DNA of 64,000 bases from Phoronis australis (Eukaryota > Animalia > Phoronida): NCBI GenBank assembly GCA_002633005.1, contig NMRA01000077.1, positions 186,001-250,000 on the forward strand, written 5' to 3'. The notes under the pieces were generated by a model that worked only from the letters and a program-made list of their open reading frames with translations, ran no database searches and was not told where the DNA came from. Positions 1 to 12,967 of the stretch are shown here, one piece after another. The translations under genes and the position numbers were made by a program. The first letter of the stretch is position 1. Each line of letters opens with the position of its first letter.

Positions 1-1458
1 TGAAATGACACAGACAAGTAGACTTGATGAAATCAATTTCGACCAAAAATAATTGTAAATTATGACCATATTAAGGGGTTCTAAGGGTATTTTGAATGTC
101 AATTTTTCTCAAAGAGTTGTCGTACTTTTTAATGACACATTTTGATGTGTCATTAAAAAGTATAATTCTTAAAAGTTAGTGACAATTATCCTTTGTGAAT
201 AAATGAGAAATTAAGACGTCGCTTGAGTTATAGTCAGGTTTGTTGTGTAATTTTGTTGCAATTTTTTGGGCAAAATGGAAACTATACATTTTTGGAAACC
301 TCATGGAGTGACAAATCAAAAAATAATTGATTCCATTTTTGGCGGCCATCTTGGATTTTCAAAAATGGCGCCGGTAAAAGGGATTTTGCCCAATATCTCC
401 ACTTTTGGGTCACTTAGAATGTTGGTTTTTATGGCTACACCTACATTTCTCAGGTAAAGGAATTGGAAATTTTAATGTTAGAGCGCCATCTTGGATTTTT
501 AAAAATGGCGCCCGAAAATACATTTTCCTGAGTAACTTTGCTCTTGGGTCAATTAGAATGTTAGTTTTAATGGCTGCACCCACATTTTTGTGGTCAAGAA
601 ATCTGAAAGTGCAACTTATTAAATGTTAAATATAATCAAAACCCCTTTATCAGCTGCCACATTTTCTAAATGCATTCTTCATGTAATCCGACACATATGA
701 TCACTATCTGACTTTCTTGTATATTTTGTTTGGAGCTTGTTTCCTTCAAGACACTTAAAACTAAAAATGTACCACACGTCCACAATCCCAGATGCCATGG
801 GGACTGAAGTATTTCTGAGAAGCCTGTCATAATAGGCAATGACGAGTACCAGTAAATCTATGTGAGGTGAAAAAACACTCAGCTGAGAATCAGGGAGCTT
901 TTTATGTGATGCCAGAACTGCATGATGTACAGTGTATTAGCAAGCGTAGATCACGTCGGTTGCTCTTTGTGCATCCTAAAGCTGTAGTAATGGCCATCTT
1001 CGCAGAGTTTTTACTACAAGTGTCTTTGCAGACAGATATTCAGTAATGTGAGCCTTTTTTGGCCACGGGAGAGGAGCCGGGAAACGGCTCATTGGGATAT
1101 TCTGTATGAAAGTCTCATCTCTTATCTGGTACTATACTTGACCCTTCCTCTGCCTCCTTTTTTCTCTTGTAGCATGTTTCAAAGAGTTGTCTTTGTGGGT
1201 ATCAAAAAACCAGAATGATATCGTCATAACCTTTAGTTCAGAACATCGCTTCCTTGCTATCCACACGGCGTGCAGTTTTGTGGCTTAATTGGGTGAACAC
1301 ACTCAATGGATGTTGTTTACATGTTTTCTGGATCTAAAACATCTTGCAGCTTGAGGACTGTCCTGTCCTAAGACGTCTGCTTCGGATAATTTGTGCAGAA
1401 GGTGGATTCGATTCGATTTGTCAGTGCATGACAGCATTGCCCCACTCGCCAGAAAAGA
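1..1458 (-). mobile_element. Degenerate Academ (AcademX-type) DNA transposon fragment: sub-terminal region plus transposase/XPG-like coding remnant, cut on the right by an LTR element
   Basis: Minus-strand translation of ~740-1240, across frameshifts, gives YDDIILVF-DTHKDNSLKHATREKRRQRKG..YQIRDETFIQNIPMSRF and HHAVLASHKKLPDSQLSVFSPHIDLLVLVIAYY. These resemble the VFD..SLK..TR.KR and S.DTDV.VL motifs of XPG/PIN-containing Academ proteins. Positions 300-620 hold two copies of a GCCATCTTGGATTTT..AAAATGGCGCC module. Confidence 0.6.
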
Positions 1459-4350
1459 TGTGGTATATCAATGCGTGTTGCGGCCAACAGATGGCGCGCT
1501 CGTGGTAGTAAATAAAAGAACACACGAATACTTTAACAATAGAATACGTCTATTAATTTGCAGCGTTGTGATTTGCAAACAATAGATTACATCGGGTTGT
1601 GAGACTGACAGCTGTTTGAATGAAACGATATATCGTTACAGGTGAAAGTATTAAACCACAGTGCCACCAGTTACCCGTAGCTACTGCATACGTTAATGCA
1701 ATACAAGTCGCAACATGAACTGACTCTCTAAAACAATCACTAGACTGGTTCAAATTGACTAGCAGGCTGAGACCAACTCCTGTATTAAGTGTTTATACTT
1801 TGATTCTTCTATTCGACTTCACTAAGATGCTTGACTGGCTTTCCTTGCCTTCGCTGTTTGCTCGTCCTAGCGATCAGGTCTGGCCGTTCAGTGGCCTGAT
1901 GTCGTGGCCTGTTCAGATGTCACGGTCTTGGTCTCGGTCTCAGTCTGATCCTCCTTGATAGCCAATGTCTTAAATACTGCTATAGCTGGCATCTATGATG
2001 GGTTTTTCAACGTCTTCATCTGGACACTTTTGTACCAAACAAGCTCCAATTGCAAAATCACTCGCGTCTGTGTATAGTGTAACTCAATTTGGGATCAGGA
2101 TAATTTAGCATTGGAACTGCGGAAAGATGTTCTTTGATAAATTTGAAAGCGTGTTCGCATTCAGGGGTCCATTTAAATCTGGCATACTTCTTTGTGAATT
2201 CAGTCAATGGGGTCATAATGCCCGATAAATTAGGAATAAACCTTCGGTAGTATGACAGGATTCCTTGCAGTGCCCTTACTTCTTTTACCGTGGCTGGTCG
2301 TTTCCGATCTAATAGCCGAAATTTTGGCTGGGTCCGGGCGGATCCCTTCTTTATCTACTATGAAGCCCAGATAGCTCGTTTGAAACTTGAGAAACTGACA
2401 TTTGGACAATTTTAACCTCAAATTGTGTTCTCTGAGGCGTTGGAAAACAATTTTCAACGTGCTCAACGTGTTCGGTAACACTGTTGGCTGTAAATAATGC
2501 AGTCATCGATATAGGCTCAAGCAAAAGGGAGTCCCTCTAGAACAATTGACATGAGTTCCTGGAACAAACTGGGACTGTTACAAAGTCCGAATGACATCAC
2601 TTGAAATTGGTAAAGATTGTGACCCGTTGAAAACCCTGGGCAAAAGGCTGTCTTTTCTTTGTCATTAGGGTGAATTTGAATCTGCCAAAAATCACCACGT
2701 AAATCTAATGAACTGTAAATACAAGAGCCTCTGAGATCGTTCAGTATGTCATAATTTTTCGGTAGGAAGAATGAATAACCTTTAGTTACACTGTTCAGTT
2801 TCCTATAATCTACACAAAACCTTACACTACCATCTTTCTTGGTTACTAATACTGTAGGTGAGCAAAAGTTGGATCTAGAAGGTTCTATAACTTTTGCCGA
2901 AAGCATTTTATCCACCGCTTCTTTAGTTATTTGCTGTTTTGCTATCGGAAGCCGATAAGGCCTCTGCTTGACAATCGTGCCGTCCGGCACGTCTATGCGC
3001 ATTTGTACCGTGTTCTTTTTCCCTAGATCGAGGACTGTTGCCGCGAAACATAGCTATTCTGGTTTAATAATTCCTTCACTTAGTTACCATACTCATCCGG
3101 TGTATCAATTTTAGATAGGTCTTACTTTAGTTTACTAGTTGACTGAGCTGACGCTGGTTTATCTACTACATTCACAATGTTTGCGTTACGTAACTTTTCA
3201 ACCTGTCCTACTGCAACTCCTCGTTTTATCTTGATATACCGGCCAGAGTTGTTGATTATCTCTACTGGAAATTTACCAGATTGCCTGGCTTTATTACTTC
3301 ATTTGAAATGGACAAGCCAGGTTCAGAATTTAGGAATCCGGTCGTCAAAGGTGAAACTTGGAATATTTGCCGTTTGTGGCTACCTCTGGCTGTGGAACTT
3401 ATGGCGCGACATACCATTGGAATAAGGTTTGACAACAATTTCTTTGATTACTCTAACATAAGATTTGACCAGTGAGTCTTGAATTAGGGGTGTGTAAAAT
3501 TCTTTTATCCGCAACATTCTAAGATCAAACTATACACGACAATTATTCTTATGGGAGAAAGTCTTTCCCAATTATCATTCTTCGGTTCACATCTCGAATA
3601 ACTACAAATTCATGTTTGAGAATATTGTTTTCAATTTTTAAATTCAACATGACACAAGCGAGGACATTTAACCGTTGATTATTTGCTGTCTGCAATACAG
3701 GTTTTCGATTGACCATTTCCTCAAACGTAACTTCCGATATAACCGAAATTGCAGCACCCAAGTCAATTAATGCCCTGACTCGCGTCTGTCCCACCTGTAC
3801 TTGAATACTATCCTCGCTTCCCAAAAAACATAAAGTTACAACGTCATCCTGACTAGAGGAAGCTCTCGAGTCAGTGCTAATTAGTTTCCCTGGGGGTTAG
3901 CGTCATTTGGCATTGTATCAGCTGGGCTTGGGTTGTCAGAGTAGAACCGGATTTTGGTTCGTTTGGGCGGCCAAAAATCTTTTAAAACTGAAACAGTCTC
4001 GTTTCATGGGATCAGGTTTTTTACAAAAGAAATATCTGATTGAATTGTCTAGGGCGTTAACAGTTCTGGGCGACCGAAAGTCTCTCGTTTTATGACCCGT
4101 CCTGTTGCACATTCTGCATCTTTGAGGAGAGGATATTTTGTCAATGTCCATAGGGCTGATTTCCTTGTTATCAACCGGTGTTAAAGTTTTGAGACTGACT
4201 GTAATTTTTCGCGAGCGAGACGATATATCTAAGTAGTGTAGTAGTTAGCATAGTCTGAACACTGATCAGTATGGCACATCAGCAACAAGCAATTGTAGAT
4301 TTAGTTGAATTTTTTACGAGTCTTGCTGGTAATTTCACCAGAGATGTTAC
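1459..4350 (-). mobile_element. Decayed, internally deleted Ty3/Gypsy LTR retrotransposon (gag zinc knuckles, protease, RT, RNase H start; integrase absent)
   Basis: Gag knuckles CRMCNRTGHKTRD and FFCKKPDPMKRDC (3936-4151). Protease ALIDLGAAISVISE (3549-3824). RT QRPYRLP..SPTVLVTKKDGSVRFCVDYRKLN..FGLCNSPSLFQ (2517-3002) with AYIDD at ~2503-2516. RNase H LYTDASDFAIGAC at ~2040-2080. Many frameshifts and stops. A TG-starting LTR-like stretch lies at ~1459-1990. Confidence 0.9.
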
Positions 4351-4370
4351 CAATGCCATGAATTCCATGA

Positions 4371-5286
4371 GTGAGACGTCACTGGCGTCAAATATCCCCG
4401 TTTTCTAGCTCAGGAGATGTTCATGGGTTTCGAGCGCGGGTGAGCGAGACAGAAAAGATGGCCGTCATTTTCCCCAATATGGACCCCAGAAATCAGATTT
4501 TGATTGCATATCAAAGATCAGATTTCAGATATATGGCCAGTGGTAAAGCTGTAGTAAGTACCGAGATTACAAGATTTTCTCTTCTGTGCAACCACAGCCG
4601 CACTAACATCAAGTCGATTACGGCAGACACGGGTAAATTTGATACACGTTGATTACGGGTGCCAGGCCACACACCCGTCTATGACTCTCCTGGGAACTTT
4701 TCACAGAGAGTCTAGATACAAGCATCCAGATAGTTTTGCTCGAGTTTTGAGGATTCGGAAGGAATCCTTTAAAATATGGTCTCCTTATGTAGCCGCTTTT
4801 CCTAAGCATGTGAGGGTAAAAATACTGCCACGCCTCGCTCATTTACCCGAAATTCCCTTAGACAATCTAGTCACTGATTTACGTGACTTAGAAATCCCGA
4901 AATCATGGACCCCTGATAATGAATTTTGGTTATATATCGCTCTAGGAATAGCAGCATTGGTCTTGACTTAGGGGTTAATTGTTTTCGTAAGACATAAACA
5001 AATTGCACGTGCCATGCTCAAACAGTGCCAGCCTGTGTTAACCAGTGATAGGCGCCCAGTTGCCAGTGCACCGCCAGCGTTTGCACACGCGATTGCACCG
5101 AACGATGCCCGACAGACGTCACTGGCTGGGGAGAAACCCAGTGCTGACGACCACATCGCCAAAACGGCTCATCTGAGTGGCAAACCAATCGAGATGAAGC
5201 GACTCATCCGACGTATGTATCCTGACTTGGATCTGGCAACCGAACGGCCACGAAGAAACCTCCGTGTGACTTCGGGCAATTATTAG
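4371..5286 (+). pseudogene. C-terminal remnant of an env-like membrane fusion glycoprotein of an LTR retroelement (errantivirus/baculovirus F-like by resemblance)
   Basis: Cys-spaced ectodomain end (RFSLLC..; IHVDYGCQATHPSMTL), an amphipathic segment (IPLDNLVTDLRDL), a TM helix FWLYIALGIAALVLT*GLIVFV with an in-frame TAG at 4969-4971, and an in-frame cytoplasmic tail to 5286. An LTR-like sequence follows. Confidence 0.6.
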
Positions 5287-5827
5287 TAATCCTACCAACC
5301 CTCGCACTAGAGACTACAGTATACTGGGTGGTTGGCAGAAAGATGGTGGTTATTAACAATTAACTCTTACACTTGATACCTAAACGAATGGAACTAATTA
5401 CAGGGAACCCAAAATGGAAGAAGCCGGAGCCGGACCAACATACCAGACCCTGCCGGCCGTGCACATGGACGCGGCTGTGGAGGGGCAGTGGGTTTCCTTT
5501 GGACTGGACCCGAGCGCCGACATCACTACCTTATCCCTGGTAGACTTTGCCAGGGTACTAGAAGCCATGACAATCAGTCGTGGGGCAGTCAACGTGAACC
5601 CGACGTCACCTATGCCCGGGTCCGATATATGATCGACGGAGCTGTCAGGTTGTCATGATCGACGCCTATTTAATGGAGATGGAGATGGGGTTACGGCCGG
5701 CCTGACGCATGCCTGAGGGTCTGCCCAGCGTTTTTTTGTGGCGTTAGCATTAGTGAACATAAGGACAACGAAAGGCAATGGCCGGTCTGAGTCGAGGATT
5801 AAAGTTATTTTCAGTTGTTAGAATTTG

Positions 5828-6460
5828 GTGTTATACAATTATATGAACCTGTAGTACTTAGGTAATTCTGATTTGCACGCACAAATAATTAACAAATTAG
5901 TCACTTTTTCACTACTCATGAGCTTATAAAGTTATACTGTATGCGTGTCTAGTGAGTGACACTATAACTGAAACTAAATCCGGAATACTCCATAGATTAG
6001 TCGTTAAAACTGTATTACTTATGCGGACTTGTGGCGCCGACAATTTCAAGATAAATGAGACATACACGTATACTCCATTTGCCAACGATTGACGTTGATG
6101 ATGTCAGAAATTTAAGATGTAGGGTGAACCAGGCGGTTTTGAGTGAATACGCACAGAATACCGACGAGGCAGCTTCGAAAAAAGGATGATTCTGACGATG
6201 ATAATGAAGATGTAGAACACAGACCCCATTAACAGCGTTCGAGGAAATGTACTGACAAAGAACACAATGCTGCAGAAACTGGACCAACACCAGTTAACTG
6301 TTATAATCTTGTGACGTAGTCCTCTTGTGACGACGTAGGCATCTTGTGACGCGATGGGGACTGTTGATCACACGAGCTGTCGCCAATGTTGATTGTTTTG
6401 GGATATTGTTAGTGGATAATCAGCACATCTTGCATGAAAAATAAATATGTTTCCATTACA
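5828..6460 (+). repeat. Probable 3' LTR of the env-bearing retroelement
   Basis: Starts TGTTAT shortly after GAGTCGAGGA. Ends AATAAATATGTTTCCATTACA (poly-A signal, then CA). Internal CTTGTGACG repeats. Boundaries are approximate. Confidence 0.45.
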
Positions 6461-9146
6461 GAGTTAGGTAAGTTTAACGTCAGATGTAATACGAAACGTA
6501 GCTGATGTATGGTGTTTTACATGGCTGAACATACTTCCATACTTGGTTTGCCGTGAGTGAATCCATAGCGCTAGCTCTATCACAGGTCTACGCCACTGTT
6601 CAATGTGTTGGGTTCCGAAGAGTGCTTTACTTGACACGACTGTTTTAGTTAGTAATCGCGTTGTGAATAGACATTGATGCCTATTGTCGGCACTCTTTCC
6701 AATTGGTGACGATCCTTGAACAAAGTGACTTAATTTTTTACTGTCCCAGTTGTACGTGCTTGTGGCAAAGATGATGTCAATACACAAGTGTGATAGGTCA
6801 AGAAAATGAGAGGGGTTTCCGATGGGGCCACATAATATGTGGCCCGGTGCATAAAATGTGTTGTAATTAATTAGTGGTTGCGTAGAATAAAACGAAACAT
6901 AGATATATGTTACACAAAGGCACATGTATTTAACATATTTAAGAGGCAGTTGGCTCATTCCACCCTCTTGTACTATAACAGGCATCAAAGTTCTGAATAG
7001 GTTAGACAATATTAGAGCCTGTTCTTAACATATCCAAAACCCAGTTGGCTCATTGTACGCCCTTTTTAACGTACGTGTTTTGATTTTCTGTGGTTACAGA
7101 TTTTTGTCAATATGTTTGGCACAACTGGTGCATGTCGTCAATATATTGGCTTACAGGAGTATATGCACATAGATACTAACTCGTATGTCAATATAGCTAC
7201 GAAGTGAGAATTGCACTTTTGCTGAGCTGTTCAGTGGTATTGAAGAAACACAGCTGCAATTTCCGGAAAGCCGACGTCGTTGCCACCTACAAAAATCGAA
7301 AGTTGTGTTGTAAGACTATATGTACTTTGGCGCTGGATTATCTTTTAAACTAGCTGCAATATAGGTTCCCCGTGCATAACAGAGGCCCCGCATCGTCGGT
7401 AGCCGGGCCTTCTAGTACATTTTAGTAAACTAAGGTCTTGGAAATTTTCAAATGCAGTCGACATTCGCGATGCTGCAAGAAAATACTGGACGTAAATTTT
7501 AATTTGATATCCTGCCTAATGAAGTGAAAATGGAGAGTTGGTCTTCTCTATGTTTAGTGCATTTTTTATGTTCGGTAGTGCGTTTTGTCCTAAAAAATGT
7601 TATTCGCAAATTGTCAATTATTTATGAATCCAGTCAATGTAATCTTATGAAGACGATACTAATAAGTAAAAAGTAGATAACTCAAAGATTAATGGTTGAC
7701 ATTTTTTTAAGATTTTTTTTGTGCAGCATTGTTACGAAGCTAAAAATAAAACAAGAAAAGCTAAGCATCACAAGCCCACACGCACACGCATCAAATATGG
7801 TGAGTGATCGACTTTTGCATCAGAATAGATTAGTGTGAGCATTCTCCGTCATTGAAAGTGTGACAACGACAATGACTGAAAGCTGCATTGCGCCCTATTT
7901 GTCTGGCTGAACTTTAGTAAAGGCAAAAATCGAATTAGGTGGTTTACTCTCATACATGTCCGTCTCATCTTATTTCTTATCTTGGTAGGATTCTGTTTCC
8001 GTAACTAATTTAAGCCTAAAAACAAGACGTTCACGTATCATTGTCGATTTCGCTATAGCGGTTTCGATGTTCTTGTTGGCAATGGAACTAGAATCCTGTC
8101 ATGGTAAGAGGTACACTGTATAAGACCGATTATATTCATGAGAGAAAAGGAACTATTTTGATTTTCGTGTTTAGTCTGATAAACAGGGCGAAATGCAACT
8201 AAACATAAAAAGCGCTAGCTCGAATAGATTTCTTAAAGGAGGCTTAGAATGCGAAAGTTCGTCAAAAAATATAAATAATTCCTGGCGACAGTACCACCTC
8301 ACCACGTCTACTACAGAGTTATTCTCTTTCCTTTTTAGCGAATTTCCACGAAAAATCACAAAATTCATGATTTTTATAATACGCGCTAAGGAAAAACTCT
8401 GTTGTCACTACAGAGTTTCTAATCGTCCACCTACTTAAAGGCGTGCATGCGCTCACACTCATTCGACAAACAGCTGACTGACAACGATATTAATAGCAGA
8501 TTATCGCGTGTTGTCCCACTTTGAATCTGAGGTCGACACCACAGTATGAGGTAAGCCAGTGAAGCAAGAGATTTCCCAGAATTCCAAGTGCGTTTTTAAA
8601 ATACAATTGAATACTACGATACCTTTGCAATTAATCTAATTTAAACATCAACCTCCTCTTAAGTGGACTGTTGTTTGAAGTCGCCATTACTTTGTTTACA
8701 TCCAATGTTAACAATCAACGAGCAGTTGACAGATCTTTTTTGAAATTTGAAATTAAAAGAAAAATGCCTTGGCATTAACAGAAACCTAATTTTTTACGAG
8801 CAATCCGTAAAAATATCTGGTGAACACGTTGAATTTTAGCTGTTTCAGTGGCTAGGGACCACTTTGAATAATGCAGTTTGGTCTGTTTATCGCGTTACAG
8901 ACCTCTTTAAAAACTGCACAAATGCCATGATGTAGCAAGCGATGCAAGTAACGGGGAATGTGGGGTGGTGAGTCTTCCACGCCCACCTCCCTACATATAG
9001 AAGCAGTGATGATAACACCAAATGTGATTTTTAAATTGCTCATTAAGTTGTATGAGCTCAGCGAAGTAAATATCGAAACAAATACGGAGACGGCTTACCG
9101 GCAGTTCAGAGACAAAAAAGCAAAAAGAGTCTCTATATTGACTCAC

Positions 9147-9325
9147 CCCAGGTCTGACTCCAATTTACTTTTGTCGTGAGCTTACTATAAGCAAACCACG
9201 GCTTGCCTTGAGCTTGGGCGTCCCACTCATTGCAATCGCCATTCGGGTAGATTATCACCAACCAGCCTTGGTCGACAGCACACCCACCGTGGTTATTGCT
9301 AACGTAAAACCGACGTTTGCCGCCC
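9147..9325 (-). CDS. Exon 4 of the secreted PAN-domain gene ((W)GGKRRFYVSNNHGGCAVDQGWLVIIYPNGDCNEWDAQAQGKPWFAYSKLTTKVNWSQTW)
   Basis: Acceptor TTTTCCAG, donor GTGAGT. 179 nt, phase 2 in and phase 1 out, matching exon 3. Open frame. The terminal exon was not located. Confidence 0.8.
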
Positions 9326-9699
9326 CTGGAAAATCAACAATATGTCTGACATTTAAAGATATACCAGATTTTACACTATGGTTGTGCAAGCGGGCATTGC
9401 AATGCAGTATTTTCTTCACAACATGCATCAAGTCTTGAGAGGCTGCAGGGTAGTAGAAATTCTACTTTAGGCGACGACTGCTAATTTGATGATCCTCTCA
9501 TAGATAAGCCCGTGGGCTTTTATTCGGATTTTTTGGGATGTAGAGTCGTGGTTCTAATTTCGGACCCAGAATTAGATTCCTAAAATAGATATGGTGCATA
9601 TGCGCGACTTAAGGCCCTACCGAATACTCAATTGCGTTTTCTTTTGTTGAACAAAATAGCCGTGTTACACCAAAACGTGTAGGCGTAGTACCTATGCAG

Positions 9700-10490
9700 C
9701 CTAAGCTTCTGTTTATACGATACTTAGCTGTATCCGTGTTGTCTGTACTAGTAGTTTGGAGAAGTGTAAGCTGTATGAATACAAAATATAAAAAACAAGT
9801 CGAGTATTGGAACTTGCTAACTTGGCTCGCTACTTTGCATCCGTTTCTCAAGGACTTCAGCTTGGGTAGCGGTGTTACTACCGTTCTGACCAATAGGCAG
9901 CGTTTTAACCAGACGACGCGGCATACGGAGGTCAGGACACGATCCCGTGAGAGTGTTGGTTCCGAGTGAGGCGCTCTTGCAGAGCTTCTTTGACGCCCCT
10001 TCTGACATCATCACATGGGTGAACTGGGGCTAAAGCCCCCCCTCCCCCCAGCCCCCAATTGTGTGCGCCGCCCTTGCCGCCATCGTGTCAACTTGAATCA
10101 TGTCCAGTGGCGCATAAGTGGCTAAAAGTACTGACGGTGTCACTATCCTAGACTGTGAGGAAGATTGTTTCAGAAGGATTGTTAAAGATGCTCCGCTTGA
10201 GCGCAACGCGGATCAAGCGCCCTTCTCTGAACAAGCAAGGTGGGTGATTAAAGCTCCAGCTGTCGCACATAATGGGACAGTGTCCTGACCTCGATGCCGC
10301 GTCGTCTAACTAAAACGCTACCTATTGGCCAAAAAGGATAGTAACACCACTAGCCATGATGAAGTCCGCGCCTAGACGGACCCAACGTCGTTAACTCAAG
10401 TAATCAAATTCCAGTAAGTTTTTATATAGTTTCATACCTCAACTGGATGTTTCAAAACTTTCTTGCTGTATAACTACAGTGAGAATAGCA
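9700..10490. mobile_element. Old MITE-like element with long imperfect inverted arms, inside intron 3
   Basis: ~9850-9950 (..CCAATAGGCAGCGTTTTAACCAGACGACGCGGCAT..GAGGTCAGGACAC) is the reverse complement of ~10275-10370 (GTGTCCTGACCTCGATGCCGCGTCGTCTAACTAAAACGCTACCTATTGG). The ends are decayed. Confidence 0.55.
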
Positions 10491-10536
10491 TTTTTTACAT
10501 TTTTATTTTAATCAAACCATAACAACACGTCCTTAC

Positions 10537-10697
10537 CATCCCGTAATATCAAAATAATTCGTAGTAGATGTAATCAAATCCGTGTATGGGTCTTCAAGTA
10601 GTCCAGCCTTTTTGAACCAGTTCATTTTTGTTGAACCCTTACCATCGAATACCATTTTGAAGACCTCTTTACCTCCATCGATAAAGGATAATTTAAC
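10537..10697 (-). CDS. Exon 3 of the secreted PAN-domain gene (VKLSFIDGGKEVFKMVFDGKGSTKMNWFKKAGLLEDPYTDLITSTTNYFDITG)
   Basis: Acceptor CTTTCAG, donor GTAAGG. 161 nt, phase 0 to phase 2. No stops. Confidence 0.82.
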
Positions 10698-11472
10698 CTG
10701 AAGTACGAATGCTGCGTATTAAATACGTGCACATCCTCGTCGTGTCTAAGACAAAAACAAACTTTCAATTGAAACATTTCGTCCCTCCGACAACTAATTA
10801 ATTTATTTATTCATTTATCCATAAGCTAAATATATAAAGTAGGACTTTCAAATGTAAGTGCACATACACCGCACCAACAACACCAACCGCACAAACTGAT
10901 GGATAAATACACAGCATGCAGCCAACCAATCGTCATTTTCAATGTAGAAGGTTGTGTTCGATTTGTAAGAAGTGTGTGCTATCCGTTATCGTCAAACTGC
11001 TGCAACATATACTTGCGGCATTGCATAAATGTTGCAACGTATGTGCGTCCATGCGTCTGTGTGAATACATGCGTTCTTTAAAAAACAATATCTAGTTCAG
11101 ACAGTTGCATTGAATTAGTAGGTGGCAGGATTCTATTGGTTAGACAGAGAACTATAAACCCACGTTCCGTCCAAGAAGCGAACTTTTTGTTTTGGGTTAG
11201 TGGTCTATGTGAAATTGGTTTCAACGTTTTTCGTTATCAGAAGTGATTTCTTCTGAGTTTGCAAAGAACAGACAGTTCGTTATTTGATCAATGGAATGGC
11301 ACGTGGCGCTAAACCCACCTTTAGAGCCTCAACTAAAACGATAATGAGTTGTCAGTTTCTTCGAAAAACTGTCATCTCCAGTTTAACTAAGTAGTACTTT
11401 GATATCAATTTCAAAACGGTAAGTGATGTAACACAAAAGTACGAGTTGTAGCCACCGTAATGAAGTAAGTAC

Positions 11473-11669
11473 CTTTTTAACACGCAAATTAGCCCAGTTT
11501 TCAACTTTAGCACTCTTGAAGTGTGTCGATGATCCAGTTACCAACTGTACAGTATCCAGTGAAGGTGCGGTGGAATCTGAACCAGACCACAGGTCGTACA
11601 TTGAGTGGTTGTTGTTCTTGCTGGCTTTCATCACCAGGTCCCATCCGTTGAAAAAGTTGTTCCATTCGA
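11473..11669 (-). CDS. Exon 2 of the secreted PAN-domain gene ((V)EWNNFFNGWDLVMKASKNNNHSMYDLWSG..HFKSAKVENWANLRVKK)
   Basis: Acceptor TGTCCTTGCAG with an upstream CTAAC branch-like site, donor AAG|GTACTT. 197 nt, phase 1 to phase 0. Lies within ORF 11383..11697. Confidence 0.8.
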
Positions 11670-11771
11670 CTGCAAGGACATTATTGTTGTTAGGCACAAT
11701 ACTGTATTTCTAGTGCAAAACTCTCATCTCACATCAAAACAGTTAGTCGCAATGTCGCAACAATGATATAG

Positions 11772-12967
11772 AACTAGAAAGATTATTGTCACGCCGTGAC
11801 AATAATGGACTCTGCGTGTGCGTATTCAAGGAATTGTTATGGGAAGTTACTGGCAGCAACCCGTTTACCAATTTGAAAAGGAATTCTTTAAAATTGGAGG
11901 AAAAAATACATGGTAATATTTTGATGACCTTTCCACTAATTGACCTCTTTTGGTTCATTATGAGCCCGGATTAGGGACTAATTGTAAACTCGATTAAAAG
12001 TGTGGTTAATGCTAAGAATCACAAATGTTTTACTTTAAGCACTTCAGAATACAACATGAATGAATTGGTCAAACTTTCAGAAGAAAAATGCACCTAATGA
12101 CCCCATGGATGCACCAAATGACCTGATAATTCAGAATTCAAACTCAATCACATTTACTAAACAGATATGTAATTTTGAAGTTTCTAACTCAAAATTTTAG
12201 TTTGCACTTAATGACCTTCAACCTATTTTTCTGATTGGTTAGGCCTATTGCGTAGTAAAGTAGGGCGTTCGATTGGCATGGTGACTTACACCAGTGTGTT
12301 GAACTTGAAAAGAATTCCTTGAAAAATAGGGGATATAACATATTGAAAGTTAGATGACCTTTGCACTAATTGACCCTATCCGGTGCATTATAAGCGTCTT
12401 TAGAATTATTGCAAAGCCCTTGCAAAGTGTGTTTAATGCTGCGAATCACATTGTCTAACGGTTGACACATCAGAATACTTGGTGAATGAAAAGGACAAAT
12501 TTTCATAAGAAATATGCACCTAATGACCCATGGTTCCACTAAATGACCTGAAACTTTATATTTCGAATTGAATTACAGGTACCAATCAGACTTGTGAATT
12601 TGAAGTGTCTAGCCCAAAATTTTAGTTTGCACTCAATGACCTTTGACCTATTTTCTCTGATTTGATGGCCCTATTGCTTAGTAAGCTTAGTAAAGTAGGG
12701 TATTTTATTGGCATGTAGCTTTACACCAATGAGCTGGAATTGAAGAGAATTCCTTAAAATATGTAGAAGAAATAACCTTTTCAAAAGTAGATGACCTCTG
12801 CACTAATTGACCCTATCCAGTGCATTACAAGCCCTTTTAGCAGAACTATTGCAAAGTCCGTGAAAAGTATATTTAATGGTGAGAATCACAGTTGTCTAAC
12901 GGTTGAAACTTCAGAATACTTGCTGAATGAAAAAGACAAATTTTCAGAAGAAAAATGCACCTAATGA
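11772..12967 (+). mobile_element. HINE (Helentron-associated non-autonomous element) copy 1, 3'-truncated
   Basis: 5' end AACTAGAAAG followed by the palindrome ATTATTGTCACGCCGTGACAATAAT. Central ~430 bp tandem units start at ~11923, 12354 and 12791. Homologous to the five other copies. Confidence 0.85.

Noticed and set aside
6464-9100. Candidate terminal exon of the PAN gene, and the 181-aa ORF at 6464-7009
   Set aside because: Several AG sites were tried in phase 1 and none gave a convincing C-terminus. The 181-aa ORF has no recognisable motif.
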